DNA of 64,000 nucleotides from Candidatus Xenobia bacterium (GTDB lineage Bacteria; Vulcanimicrobiota; CADAWZ01): NCBI GenBank assembly GCA_031551355.1, contig JAVBNT010000001.1, positions 64,477 to 128,476 of the forward strand, read 5' to 3'. Shown piece by piece: positions 10,025 to 18,601 of this stretch (position 1 is its first letter; each line of letters starts with the position of its first letter). The notes under the pieces were generated by a model. It saw only the letters and a program-made list of their open reading frames with translations, ran no database searches and was not told where the DNA came from. The position numbers and the translations under genes were made by a program.

Positions 10025-11299
10025 GTGAAGATTATAAAATCGGTTTTATTTTTGCTTTTATTTTTTTTGCCGGTCTCGGTGTATGCCATAAACTGTTCTT
10101 CATGTCGTCAGGTAATTAACGGAAGGTATGTGACGCTTCAGAACGGCTACATATGTGAATCATGTTACGTGAAATCAACCGGTCTTCGTTGTGCGGGTTG
10201 TAACCGTTCGATTGAGGGACGTTATTCTTCCGACGGAAAAAATAATTATTGCAGCAGTTGTACCGGCAGAATACAGGGAAATTCGCCTCAGGCGGCGCCG
10301 AATTCTCCTGTTGTTCAGAAATGCGGCTACTGTAATTCGCAGATAACCGGCAGATACGGAAGAACGAAAGATCATTCGGGAAGAGAGATCCTGTGCTGCT
10401 CTTCATGTCTTGAAAAACAGGGACATAATATACAGTTCAGGTGCGTTCAATGCAACAGAACCATAAGCGGAAGCAATTTCAAAAGAGAGCGTAATGAACA
10501 TGGTCTGGATATTTACACATGCCACGACTGCCTTACCGGAAAAAGCCGTGACCGGTATCAGTACGGCATGAAATGTATCGCCTGCAATTCTAAAATAGAG
10601 GGAAAGTATTTTACCAGTCCGCTTTCAGGCCGGCCTGCGTGTTCTGAATGTGTTGAGAAAAGTGATAAATGCAAGGCATGTTCAATGCCGGTTACCGACA
10701 ATAATTATCCGGATCCGCAATATCCAACCTGTAATGAATGCAGGAAAGATGCTGTTGTTACCAAGGCTCAGCTTGATTCTATTTATGCAAGGGTACGTGC
10801 AATTGTTAAGCAGTATTGCAGTATGGAAGCTCCGCTGACTGCAGACAGAGTTATTTTTGCGGATATGGCTTCCATGAGAGGCAGTGCCGACAAGGGGTGG
10901 GGAAAAGACGGTCCTCCGAGAGATTACAGCGGCGAAGTTGCCGGACTATTTTCTTCCAAGGGAGATATAAGCCAAAGCACAATTTCTATTGCCAAAGGAA
11001 TGCCTGTAGTGAATGTTTATGCCGTTTTGGCACATGAATATGGTCATGCATGCCATTATCATTATGGAAAGATGGACTCAAGGGGGGCTCTTGTCTTTAC
11101 TGAAGGTTTTGCGGAGTGGGTTTCTTACAGAGCGCTTGCCGCAATAGGGCAGACAAAGTATTATTATCACAGGTCTAAAAATAAAAATTCCATTTATGGA
11201 GACGGGTTCCGTAAGATGTTGTCTCTTGAAAAGAAAATAGGAGCGCATGGAATTCTCAACTATATGGCTGCGAATTCGGATTTCCCGGAAGACCTTTAA
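10025..11299 (+). CDS. Secreted protein with six tandem C-x2-C-x16-20-C-x2-C zinc-ribbon (LIM-like) repeats and a C-terminal DA1-like putative zinc metallopeptidase (HExxH) domain.
   Basis: N-terminal signal peptide MKIIKSVLFLLLFFLPVSVYA. Repeats each carry a G(R/K)Y motif. C-terminal LAHEYGHACHYH followed by EGFAEW resembles the DA1-like/DUF3633 peptidase. GTG start. Confidence 0.55.
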   Translation: MKIIKSVLFLLLFFLPVSVYAINCSSCRQVINGRYVTLQNGYICESCYVKSTGLRCAGCNRSIEGRYSSDGKNNYCSSCTGRIQGNSPQAAPNSPVVQKCGYCNSQITGRYGRTKDHSGREILCCSSCLEKQGHNIQFRCVQCNRTISGSNFKRERNEHGLDIYTCHDCLTGKSRDRYQYGMKCIACNSKIEGKYFTSPLSGRPACSECVEKSDKCKACSMPVTDNNYPDPQYPTCNECRKDAVVTKAQLDSIYARVRAIVKQYCSMEAPLTADRVIFADMASMRGSADKGWGKDGPPRDYSGEVAGLFSSKGDISQSTISIAKGMPVVNVYAVLAHEYGHACHYHYGKMDSRGALVFTEGFAEWVSYRALAAIGQTKYYYHRSKNKNSIYGDGFRKMLSLEKKIGAHGILNYMAANSDFPEDL

Positions 11300-11311
11300 G
11301 TATTTGCCGGT

Positions 11312-12049
11312 ATGCTGGGTGTTTTTATGGGTAACGATTATTTTAGTTTTAAACAATTTACGGTTAGGCACAACCGCTGTGCAATGAAGGTAGGTACGGA
11401 CGGGGTTTTGCTGGGTGCCTGGGCAAGCCCTGCAGAACGCGGCGGTAAGATCCTCGACATTGGCACCGGTTCGGGGGTTATTGCTCTGATGTCGGCTCAA
11501 AGAAACCCGCTTTCGCTTGTTGACGCTGTAGAGATTGACGTCAAGTCTGCCTTGCAGGCCGTTGAGAATGTTCACGCATCGCCATGGTCCGGGCGTATAA
11601 AAATACATAATTGCTCTTTTCATGATTTTTATGCGTCCGGCGCTGCCGGAAGATATCAGCTCATCATCTCGAACCCGCCTTACTTTGATACTTCCTTTAA
11701 ATCCGGCAATGCGGCCCGCTGCGCTGCCAGACAGACAGTATCAATTTCACATGGTGAGTTACTGGCTGGCGTGTCGGCACTGTTGTCAGATATAGGTCTT
11801 TTTTCATTGATACTTCCTGCTGATATCAGCGCAGTTTTTATGGAATCGGCATCTCTTTGGGGACTTTATCCGGCGAGAATTTGTAACGTATTGCCGACCC
11901 CGCAGCAGCAGCCGAAACGCACTTTGATGGAATTGTCTTTTTCCGCTGCTGAGTGTGTTACGGATACAATTATTTTAGAGGAATTCGGGCGGCATAAATA
12001 CAGCGAAAAATATATGCATCTTACTAAGGATTTCTATTTAAATTTTTAA
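11312..12049 (+). CDS. trmN6: tRNA1(Val) (adenine37-N6)-methyltransferase, TrmN6/YfiC family.
   Basis: 245 aa. DYFxFKQFxV...MKVGTDGVLLGAW N-terminus, SAM motif DIGTGSGVIAL and catalytic NPPY (IISNPPYF). Confidence 0.7.
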   Translation: MLGVFMGNDYFSFKQFTVRHNRCAMKVGTDGVLLGAWASPAERGGKILDIGTGSGVIALMSAQRNPLSLVDAVEIDVKSALQAVENVHASPWSGRIKIHNCSFHDFYASGAAGRYQLIISNPPYFDTSFKSGNAARCAARQTVSISHGELLAGVSALLSDIGLFSLILPADISAVFMESASLWGLYPARICNVLPTPQQQPKRTLMELSFSAAECVTDTIILEEFGRHKYSEKYMHLTKDFYLNF

Positions 12050-12138
12050 ATACCGTTCTGCAATATATGAGCACAAATCGTAATTTTCCGCAGAATTGAC
12101 TTTTGGTGTATTGTTAATAAAATAGTAACATTATTTGC

Positions 12139-12168
12139 TTGAACGGAGTAGGATATTGTTGGTATACT
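12139..12168 (+). promoter_or_regulatory. Sigma70-type promoter for small peptide gene P1 (TTGAAC-N18-TGgTATACT, extended -10).
   Basis: Hexamers read directly. Located about 75 nt upstream of the ATG at 12246. RBS AAGGAGAAAA lies 6 nt before the ATG. Confidence 0.4.
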
Positions 12169-12245
12169 TAAATCAAGAAATATAGTGGATTCGTAAAAAA
12201 TATCGGCTCCATATAAACAAAAAATTAATTAAGGAGAAAACAAAT

Positions 12246-12326
12246 ATGTTCTGGAATGAAAATGAAACCGTAAATACATGTGACATCCATGGTGTATATA
12301 TGACACCTCCTCCGGAAGGTTGCTAG
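12246..12326 (+). CDS. Small 26-aa Cys-containing peptide P1 (MFWNENETVNTCDIHGVYMTPPPEGC). Paralog of two peptides at 15.5-15.9 kb.
   Basis: ATG with a strong SD, own promoter and an intrinsic terminator directly downstream. Two paralogs are present elsewhere with conserved residues. Below the 60-aa ORF-track cutoff. Confidence 0.5.
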   Translation: MFWNENETVNTCDIHGVYMTPPPEGC

Positions 12327-12345
12327 TTTTATAAACATAAAAAAA

Positions 12346-12366
12346 GGGCCGGTTTTACCGGCCTTT
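12346..12366 (+). terminator. Rho-independent terminator after P1.
   Basis: GGGCCGG-tttta-CCGGCC stem followed by a T-run. Confidence 0.55.
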
Positions 12367-12457
12367 TTTTATGTTTTTTTTTTCCGGTATTTATGATAGA
12401 ATAATAATATCTTTTATTTTCTGTGCTATTTTTATTACTTAATCCGGAGGTTTTTTT

Positions 12458-13501
12458 ATGAGCCGTAATATGAAGATGCTATTTTTGTTTTTCATTCTCT
12501 TTTGCTTTCCGGTTTTTTTAACCGGATGTAATTCTTCTGACAGTTATAACGACAATAGATACTATGGATATGAAGAGGAAGACCGCTACGTTGCCTATAT
12601 AGCAGTTGCCGATTGGAATAACGGCGGCAAGCTTTTGTTTATTGACAGGCAGACGCTTGAATATTCTTTTACCAGAGATGCTAACGGCAGTCCTGAATCC
12701 GTTGCTTACTTCAGGCCAAACCGCTATTTTTATGTTGGCGGCGGTAAATATATTACCTCGATTTACGGGTCAAAAAATACATCAAATACACAGAATCTGC
12801 TTACGGAAAGTGCGTCTTTGCTGGCAGCCAATAATTATTATCTGTTTGCGTCGTTTGATCGCAACGAAGTAAAATATTACATTCCCGATACAAACGGGGC
12901 TCTTTATACGGATGCAGTTGTCGGAATTTCCGGCAAGGGGGCTCAAGTAGCATGCAGCCCTGATAATTATGAAATATGTGTCAGCGGTACCGAAGCAAGC
13001 GGTAATGACCTTTCGATTTATTCCGGAGACCGTTTCGGTTTTCTCGGTATAATTGCTGATGCCGGCAATGCCGGGGTTACTTTCTCAAGCGGCAGAATAT
13101 ATGCCGTGGATACTAATTTAAAAAGACTGAATCTTGTTTTTGCCGATTCTGCAAAAGTCGACAAATTTGTCGATCTGGCGGCTTTGGGAGCCGTTAATCC
13201 ATGGGGCGTTGCTTATGCCGGCAGTAAAATTTATGTAACTGATTGTGTGGCCTCGGGAAAAGTTTTTGTTTTTGACTATAACCTTAATTATCTTAAGACG
13301 ATATCTGACGTAGGCTCTTTCCCTAAATACATCAGCGGCGATCCGGAAAGAAATTATGCATATGTATCTAACCAGGGCGACGGTTTTGGTAACAATGCCT
13401 CACTTGCCGTTATCGATCCCGCTAGTGACACAAAACTGAAAACTATCGGCCTTGCCGGTCATAAACCGATGGGTATTGCCGTAATGCCCTGGAACAGGTA
13501 G
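12458..13501 (+). CDS. Lipoprotein with YVTN-type beta-propeller repeats.
   Basis: Signal peptide plus lipobox LTGC. Repeated YVTD/YVSNQGDG-type motifs. Confidence 0.55.
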   Translation: MSRNMKMLFLFFILFCFPVFLTGCNSSDSYNDNRYYGYEEEDRYVAYIAVADWNNGGKLLFIDRQTLEYSFTRDANGSPESVAYFRPNRYFYVGGGKYITSIYGSKNTSNTQNLLTESASLLAANNYYLFASFDRNEVKYYIPDTNGALYTDAVVGISGKGAQVACSPDNYEICVSGTEASGNDLSIYSGDRFGFLGIIADAGNAGVTFSSGRIYAVDTNLKRLNLVFADSAKVDKFVDLAALGAVNPWGVAYAGSKIYVTDCVASGKVFVFDYNLNYLKTISDVGSFPKYISGDPERNYAYVSNQGDGFGNNASLAVIDPASDTKLKTIGLAGHKPMGIAVMPWNR

Positions 13502-13785
13502 CAGTTTAGATCAACTTTAGTAAATATCAGCATTGGGCAATTATAACAGGACAGGGGAGGACTCATGCTTCTCCTGTTTTTCATTTGATAAATAACGTGC
13601 CCTGTGATAACATGTTTTTGTGGAATACAGTAATATCAAATACGTATCAATTCAATTGTAATCACGCCATTTAGTAAAGTCTGTAAGAATTAAGAACTAT
13701 CTAATATTTCTTTAAATCTTGCTCTGAAAAGATTCGCCGTATTTTACTTTTGAGATACGGATGCATCGGATCGTTTTAAATTGGC

Positions 13786-14853
13786 CTAACTATAATTTTT
13801 TACTTTATATTGTTTTAAAAAATTGTTGCTTTTGTATCGCTTAAACTGTTCTGCCAATTCAATTCCTGCTCCCGGCTTGGACAATTCTATTTTTTCGTTT
13901 AATCCGCTTTGACTTGTAAAGTATAAATCCGAATAAAGCATAAGCGGCAGTTGACTGTTATTATTAAATCTTCTATCCGGAGCTCCAAGTTTGTTAACAT
14001 GCCGCCATGTGTAGTCTATAATGGTGCCGTCTTCGGGAATCATTCCATTTTCGATGATTTTTTGATTGCTTTGAATAATATCCAAGTTTAAATAGGTTAG
14101 GCCGCCAACTATATTATTATCATAAATCAGGATTCTTTCCGGAAAAAAGTAAAGTGTCCGTTTGCCTGCAGGTATTGATGGCGGCAAAATATTAGTTTCA
14201 ATATCCGGCGGAGCTTTATATTTTATATTTATAGGTGTTCTTGTAATTAAACTGCCGACTCCGGAGTGGCGTTTAGGGTCATTTACCCTGGTTTCGTCGG
14301 AAATGTGCCATTGAGAACGGCAGCTTATTATTTGCTCAAAACTGTTGTAAAATTTTTGAATTTTTTGTTCCGTCTCTTTTTTAATATCATAAAAGATAAT
14401 GGTCGTTTTTCTTTTTTTATCAATAAATAGATAAATTAGAAAGGCGGCGGCAATGGCGATAAAAATTCCTGTTTTAGGAATTAAAATTGCCAATAATGCT
14501 AATGGCCATAATCCGCGTGTTTTTCTTTTCTGATTTATTTCATTAATAATATCCCTTAATGATGAATGAACAACATAAGCTGTATTTGTATTTTTAATTT
14601 CCGTATATAATAATTGTTCTTCTTGAGAATTTTGAGTTGCTTGTCTGATGTTGTTTTTTTCTTCTTTTTCCAATGCAGTCCGGTAATAAATGCCATTCTC
14701 TTCAACACGGATATAATTTCCAAGCGGACCGCAGCGAATGTGAAGTCCTTCTCTGCCTATAGATGCGCCTGTGCCTGATTCTAAAAGGCTAAATTTGATG
14801 CCATTAAAGCTGATTGATTTTCCGGAATAAAACCCCATACTATTACCCCCCAA
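13786..14853 (-). CDS. Hypothetical protein with one central TM helix. Track start is TTG. An internal ATG at about 14838 is a more likely start.
   Basis: 355-aa ORF. Hydrophobic segment LWPLALLAILIPKTGIFIAIAAAFLIYLFI. No recognisable motif. Confidence 0.4.
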   Translation of the reverse strand: MGGNSMGFYSGKSISFNGIKFSLLESGTGASIGREGLHIRCGPLGNYIRVEENGIYYRTALEKEEKNNIRQATQNSQEEQLLYTEIKNTNTAYVVHSSLRDIINEINQKRKTRGLWPLALLAILIPKTGIFIAIAAAFLIYLFIDKKRKTTIIFYDIKKETEQKIQKFYNSFEQIISCRSQWHISDETRVNDPKRHSGVGSLITRTPINIKYKAPPDIETNILPPSIPAGKRTLYFFPERILIYDNNIVGGLTYLNLDIIQSNQKIIENGMIPEDGTIIDYTWRHVNKLGAPDRRFNNNSQLPLMLYSDLYFTSQSGLNEKIELSKPGAGIELAEQFKRYKSNNFLKQYKVKNYS

Positions 14854-14890
14854 ATTATTTCCATAATCCGCATTTTTTTAGGTAAATAGT

Positions 14891-15066
14891 CTAGAGCAAT
14901 TTGCATTCTATATGTCACTAAAATTTTTGGAAAAGACGGCGTAGCCGTCATCGCTAGTCTCCGCCTTCGCGGGGATAAACTCCGCTGTGGCGAACCAGTA
15001 TTTTATGGATTGACCGATGTCGGTTGTTTGGCAAGTGTATGACAGTTCAGTTGCAAACTGCTCTAG
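14891..15066. mobile_element. MITE-like ~176-bp element with ~15-bp terminal inverted repeats (ctagagcaatttgca ... tgcaaactgctctag), copy A.
   Basis: Near-identical copy at 27601-27785. Internal hairpins gacggcgtagccgtc and ccccgccttcgcgggg. No coding capacity. Confidence 0.5.
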
Positions 15067-15420
15067 CTTGGTTTAATTAAGTGAGGAATTACAAAATCTT
15101 TTTGTGGATAAAAAGCAATTATTTATATAAAATAGCCGGATATTTGGCAGAAGCAGGCCAATCGGGTGAGTTGTTGTATATTGCTATTTTATTGCTTTTT
15201 CAATTGAGAGGGGAACATAGTAACTTGATGGCAGGAGTATAAATAAGGTTGTTTTTTAGAACTTAATATAATTTATTTATCTAAAAGACTGATTGTTTTT
15301 ATTTATCTTTTTCGGATAAATCAGAGTTGATTTTTTATGAAGGGCAAAAAATTCTTTTATTACTAAACCCGGGATTGGTATCCTTATAATATATTATATC
15401 ATATTCAGGTTGATGATGAT

Positions 15421-15484
15421 ACTAATTATAGAGACAACTAAAAAAGACTGATTTCTCAGTCCTTTTAGTTGTCTCTATAATTAG
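15421..15484 (-). terminator. Very long perfect palindrome (30-bp arms) acting as a terminator just downstream of peptide P2.
   Basis: ctaattatagagacaactaaaaaagactga-tttc-tcagtccttttagttgtctctataattag read directly. Confidence 0.5.
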
Positions 15485-15567
15485 CAGCCGCCGCCATCCG
15501 GTGGAGGACATACATACATACCGTGGATATCACAGGTATTTACTGTTTCAGTTTCATTCCAGAACAT
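15481..15567 (-). CDS. Small 28-aa peptide P2 (MFWNETETVNTCDIHGMYVCPPPDGGGC).
   Basis: Own promoter (TTGATA-N17-TATACT), SD AAGGAGATAAAT, terminator. Paralog of P1 and P3. Confidence 0.5.
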   Translation of the reverse strand: MFWNETETVNTCDIHGMYVCPPPDGGGC

Positions 15568-15774
15568 CTATTTATCTCCTTTCACAAAAACTAATGTTTC
15601 TTCATTTACAGTATAACTTTTTTAGTGATTTGTATCAATAAAAAAAATGTTAAAAGATTGTTAAGAGAACGCCATCCACATACCGAGCTTATATATTAAT
15701 TAATGGATAATCATTTTATGGGATAGAAAGAAATAAAAAAAGAGCCGGAATTTCAGCTCTTTTATTTATCTTAA

Positions 15775-15861
15775 TTAGCAGCTGCCGCCATCCGGTGGAG
15801 GACATACATACATACCGTGAATATCACAAGTATTTACTGTTTCAGTTTCATTCCAGAACAT
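15775..15861 (-). CDS. Small 28-aa peptide P3 (MFWNETETVNTCDIHGMYVCPPPDGGSC).
   Basis: Own promoter (TTGCGT-N17-TATACT), SD, and downstream hairpin. Nucleotide sequence near-identical to P2. Confidence 0.5.
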   Translation of the reverse strand: MFWNETETVNTCDIHGMYVCPPPDGGSC

Positions 15862-15984
15862 TTATTTATCTCCTTTCATAAAATTAATGTTTCTTAATTA
15901 ACAGTATAGCTTTTTATAACTGTTGACGCAATTAAAATTTTGTTAAAGTTTTGTTAAAAGGCGTCAAAAAAGTATCTCCGACGG

Positions 15985-17169
15985 TTATTTTGCCGGATTT
16001 ACAATAGAGCCGATGAAAAGCGGCGTATGTTTTTCATCATCGGCAATCATGAAGAAGAACGGCCTGTCTACCTTGAATTGTTTTACATCTCTTACCGGCA
16101 TTGCACTTCTGGTCATTGTTATTGCGGTGGCAGCGGCCGCTTCCGTACCCGTTTCATTTACATCTATGAAGGTTTTGTGTATGACCTGACTTATGAACAG
16201 ACGCGGAGAGATAAGATTGAAATCTGCTCCCGGTCCAAAAGCCTGTTTCATACCCATTGCCGACAGCGTGTCATTAAGCGTTACGCCATACTCCGTTTTG
16301 AACTTCGGTAAACTTATTGCCACTTGCTGAAAACTGCTGTTTTCATAAACATCGCTCCACAGTTTTTGTGAAAATGACGGTAGAAATTTTTTAAGGGAAG
16401 AATCCTTTGCCGGCAAAAATACATACATCGACATTTTTCCGCCTCTGTAAGGAATCTTTACAGCCTGAAAATCTTTGTTTTCATAGTAGCTGAAATTATC
16501 TTTCAAATGCATAGTGGGAACTTTTATAGAAGCTGATTTCGTTTGGAACTCTTCCATTGTTGTCTTTTTTTTGTCAAATTCCTTAATCCAACTGCCGTTG
16601 AAATAGATTGCATTAACAATAATCATATCGGATTTCGCCGCAAAGTCATCAATTATTGTTTTAATTTTGTTGTTTGTTTTTTGGGCGACCCATCCGTTGA
16701 CGGCATCTGCCGTTATTCCTTTTCTTACGTCGGCATCAAAATAATGTTTGCAATCCTTGATAAAAGGATCCTTTACCTTAAGGCTTTTGCTTATCCATAT
16801 GGAGTTGGCGATATTCAAAGTTACGTCGGAGTTTGAACTTAGCGAACTTATAAGCCCCTTAGCTTCTTCTTTTACGGACTGCGGATTTGCGCTCGCCGGA
16901 ATTTGCAGCGTATTGGATATAGCCGTTTTTGTTTTTCCCGCAGCTCCCATATTTACCATATCAAGAGCAAGATGAATGCTCAGCGGGGAGATTACGGTAT
17001 TTTGCGATTCCTGCAGCAAAGAGTTCTGCAGCTCTTTGCCGAAACCGAACATACTGTTGGAGATGCTCTGGTTAGCTCCCCTTTCCATAGTTTTGGCTGC
17101 AAAAGCATTGGAACTCATTGCCAGCAGCAATGTTCCGGCAGTCATAATCCCCAAGATTTTTTTTAACAT
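15985..17169 (-). CDS. Secreted serpin-family protease inhibitor, copy 1.
   Basis: 394 aa. Signal peptide. Hinge GTEAAAATA and C-terminal serpin signature FKVDRPFFFMI...PLFIGSIVNP. Confidence 0.8.
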   Translation of the reverse strand: MLKKILGIMTAGTLLLAMSSNAFAAKTMERGANQSISNSMFGFGKELQNSLLQESQNTVISPLSIHLALDMVNMGAAGKTKTAISNTLQIPASANPQSVKEEAKGLISSLSSNSDVTLNIANSIWISKSLKVKDPFIKDCKHYFDADVRKGITADAVNGWVAQKTNNKIKTIIDDFAAKSDMIIVNAIYFNGSWIKEFDKKKTTMEEFQTKSASIKVPTMHLKDNFSYYENKDFQAVKIPYRGGKMSMYVFLPAKDSSLKKFLPSFSQKLWSDVYENSSFQQVAISLPKFKTEYGVTLNDTLSAMGMKQAFGPGADFNLISPRLFISQVIHKTFIDVNETGTEAAAATAITMTRSAMPVRDVKQFKVDRPFFFMIADDEKHTPLFIGSIVNPAK

Positions 17170-17277
17170 ATTAAAACCCTCCCTTTTTTTATCAAGCCAA
17201 TGATTAACCGGCTAAAACAATTTTATAATTTTGTCTGATTTTCCTTTATTTTACTATTTCAAGTTAATTTACTCAGG

Positions 17278-18465
17278 TTATTTTGCCGGATTTACAATAG
17301 AGCCGATGAATATCGGGGTGTGAGTCTGCTCATCGGCAATGATAAAGAAAAACGGCCTGTCTACCTTGAATTTTTTTACATCTCTCACCGGCATTGCACT
17401 TCTGGGCATTGTTACTGCAGTGGCGGCTGCCGCTTCCGTACCCGTTTCATTTACATCTATAAAGGTTTTGTGTATAACCTGGCTTATAAACACCCCTGAG
17501 GATATGAGGCTGAAATCAGCACCCGGATTGAAAACCCTTTTCATACCCATTGCCGACAAAGTGCTTTTAAGAGTCACGCCATACTCTGTTTTGAACTTCG
17601 GTAAGCTTATTTCCACTTGTTGAAAACGGCTATTTTTACAAACATCATTCCACTGTTTTGCTGAAAATGACGATATAAATTTTTTAAGGGAAGATTTTTT
17701 TGCCGGCAAGAACACGTACATTGACATTTTTCCGCCTTTGTAAGGAAGTTTTACAGCCTGAAAATTTTTATTTTCATAATAGCTGAAATTGTCTTTTAAA
17801 TGCATGGTGGGAACTTTTATGGAGTCCGGTTTTGTCTGAAAATCTTCCGTTGTTGTCTTTTTTTGGTCAAATTCTTTAATCCAGCTGCCTTTGAAATAGA
17901 CTGCGTTCACAATAATCATATCAGAATTTTTAGCCATTAACTCATTTATTATGCCTGTAATTTTATAATTTGTCTTTTTGGCAACCCAGTCGTTGACATC
18001 TTTTGCTGTTATTCCGTTTTTTACTTCTGCGTCAAAATAATGTTTGCAATCCTTGATAAAAGGATCCTTTACCTTAAGGCTTTTGCTTATCCATATGGAG
18101 TTGGCGATATTCAAAGTTACGTCGGAGTTTGAACTTAGCGAACTTATAAGTCCTTTCGCTTCCTCTTTTACAGACTGAGGATTGGCGCTCGCCGGAATTC
18201 TCAGCGTGTTGGATATTGCCGTCCTGTTTTTTCCCGCAGCTCCCATATTTACCATATCAAGAGCAAGATGAATGCTCAGTGGGGAGATTACGGTATTTTG
18301 CGATTCCTGCGGTAAAGAGTTCTGCAAATCTTTGCCGAAGCTGAAAATACTGCCTGATATGCCCGGAGAGAGCCTGCTTTCCTTTGTCTGAGCGGCAAAA
18401 GAGTTTGCGCACATTGATAAGAACAGCATCCAGGCAATGATTTGTCCCAATAATGTTTTTGGCAT
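17278..18465 (-). CDS. Secreted serpin-family protease inhibitor, copy 2. Tandem paralog with long identical nucleotide stretches.
   Basis: 395 aa. Same motifs as copy 1. Reactive-centre loop differs (AVTMPRSAMP vs AITMTRSAMP). Confidence 0.8.
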   Translation of the reverse strand: MPKTLLGQIIAWMLFLSMCANSFAAQTKESRLSPGISGSIFSFGKDLQNSLPQESQNTVISPLSIHLALDMVNMGAAGKNRTAISNTLRIPASANPQSVKEEAKGLISSLSSNSDVTLNIANSIWISKSLKVKDPFIKDCKHYFDAEVKNGITAKDVNDWVAKKTNYKITGIINELMAKNSDMIIVNAVYFKGSWIKEFDQKKTTTEDFQTKPDSIKVPTMHLKDNFSYYENKNFQAVKLPYKGGKMSMYVFLPAKKSSLKKFISSFSAKQWNDVCKNSRFQQVEISLPKFKTEYGVTLKSTLSAMGMKRVFNPGADFSLISSGVFISQVIHKTFIDVNETGTEAAAATAVTMPRSAMPVRDVKKFKVDRPFFFIIADEQTHTPIFIGSIVNPAK

Positions 18466-18601
18466 GTTAAACTCCTCCTTTAATAAGATAGAATTATTTA
18501 ATGTCCGGAATTAATTTTGCCGTATTTTATAATTTTACTTTTGTTGTGTATAGGATTGGTCGCATAAAACTTATAATTATTTCATTGAATTGAAAATTAT
18601 C

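Noticed and set aside
10021-10081. Apparent 1-nt frame inconsistency for the 10025 gene.
   Set aside because: The displayed line at 10021 contains 61 characters, so this is a formatting artefact and not a frameshift. Track coordinates were kept.
13660-13690. 18-nt motif cgcca(t/c)ttagtaaagtct shared between 13667 and 27537.
   Set aside because: The match is too short to call a repeat family. It may be a chance match or a short regulatory motif, and it is not needed to explain anything.
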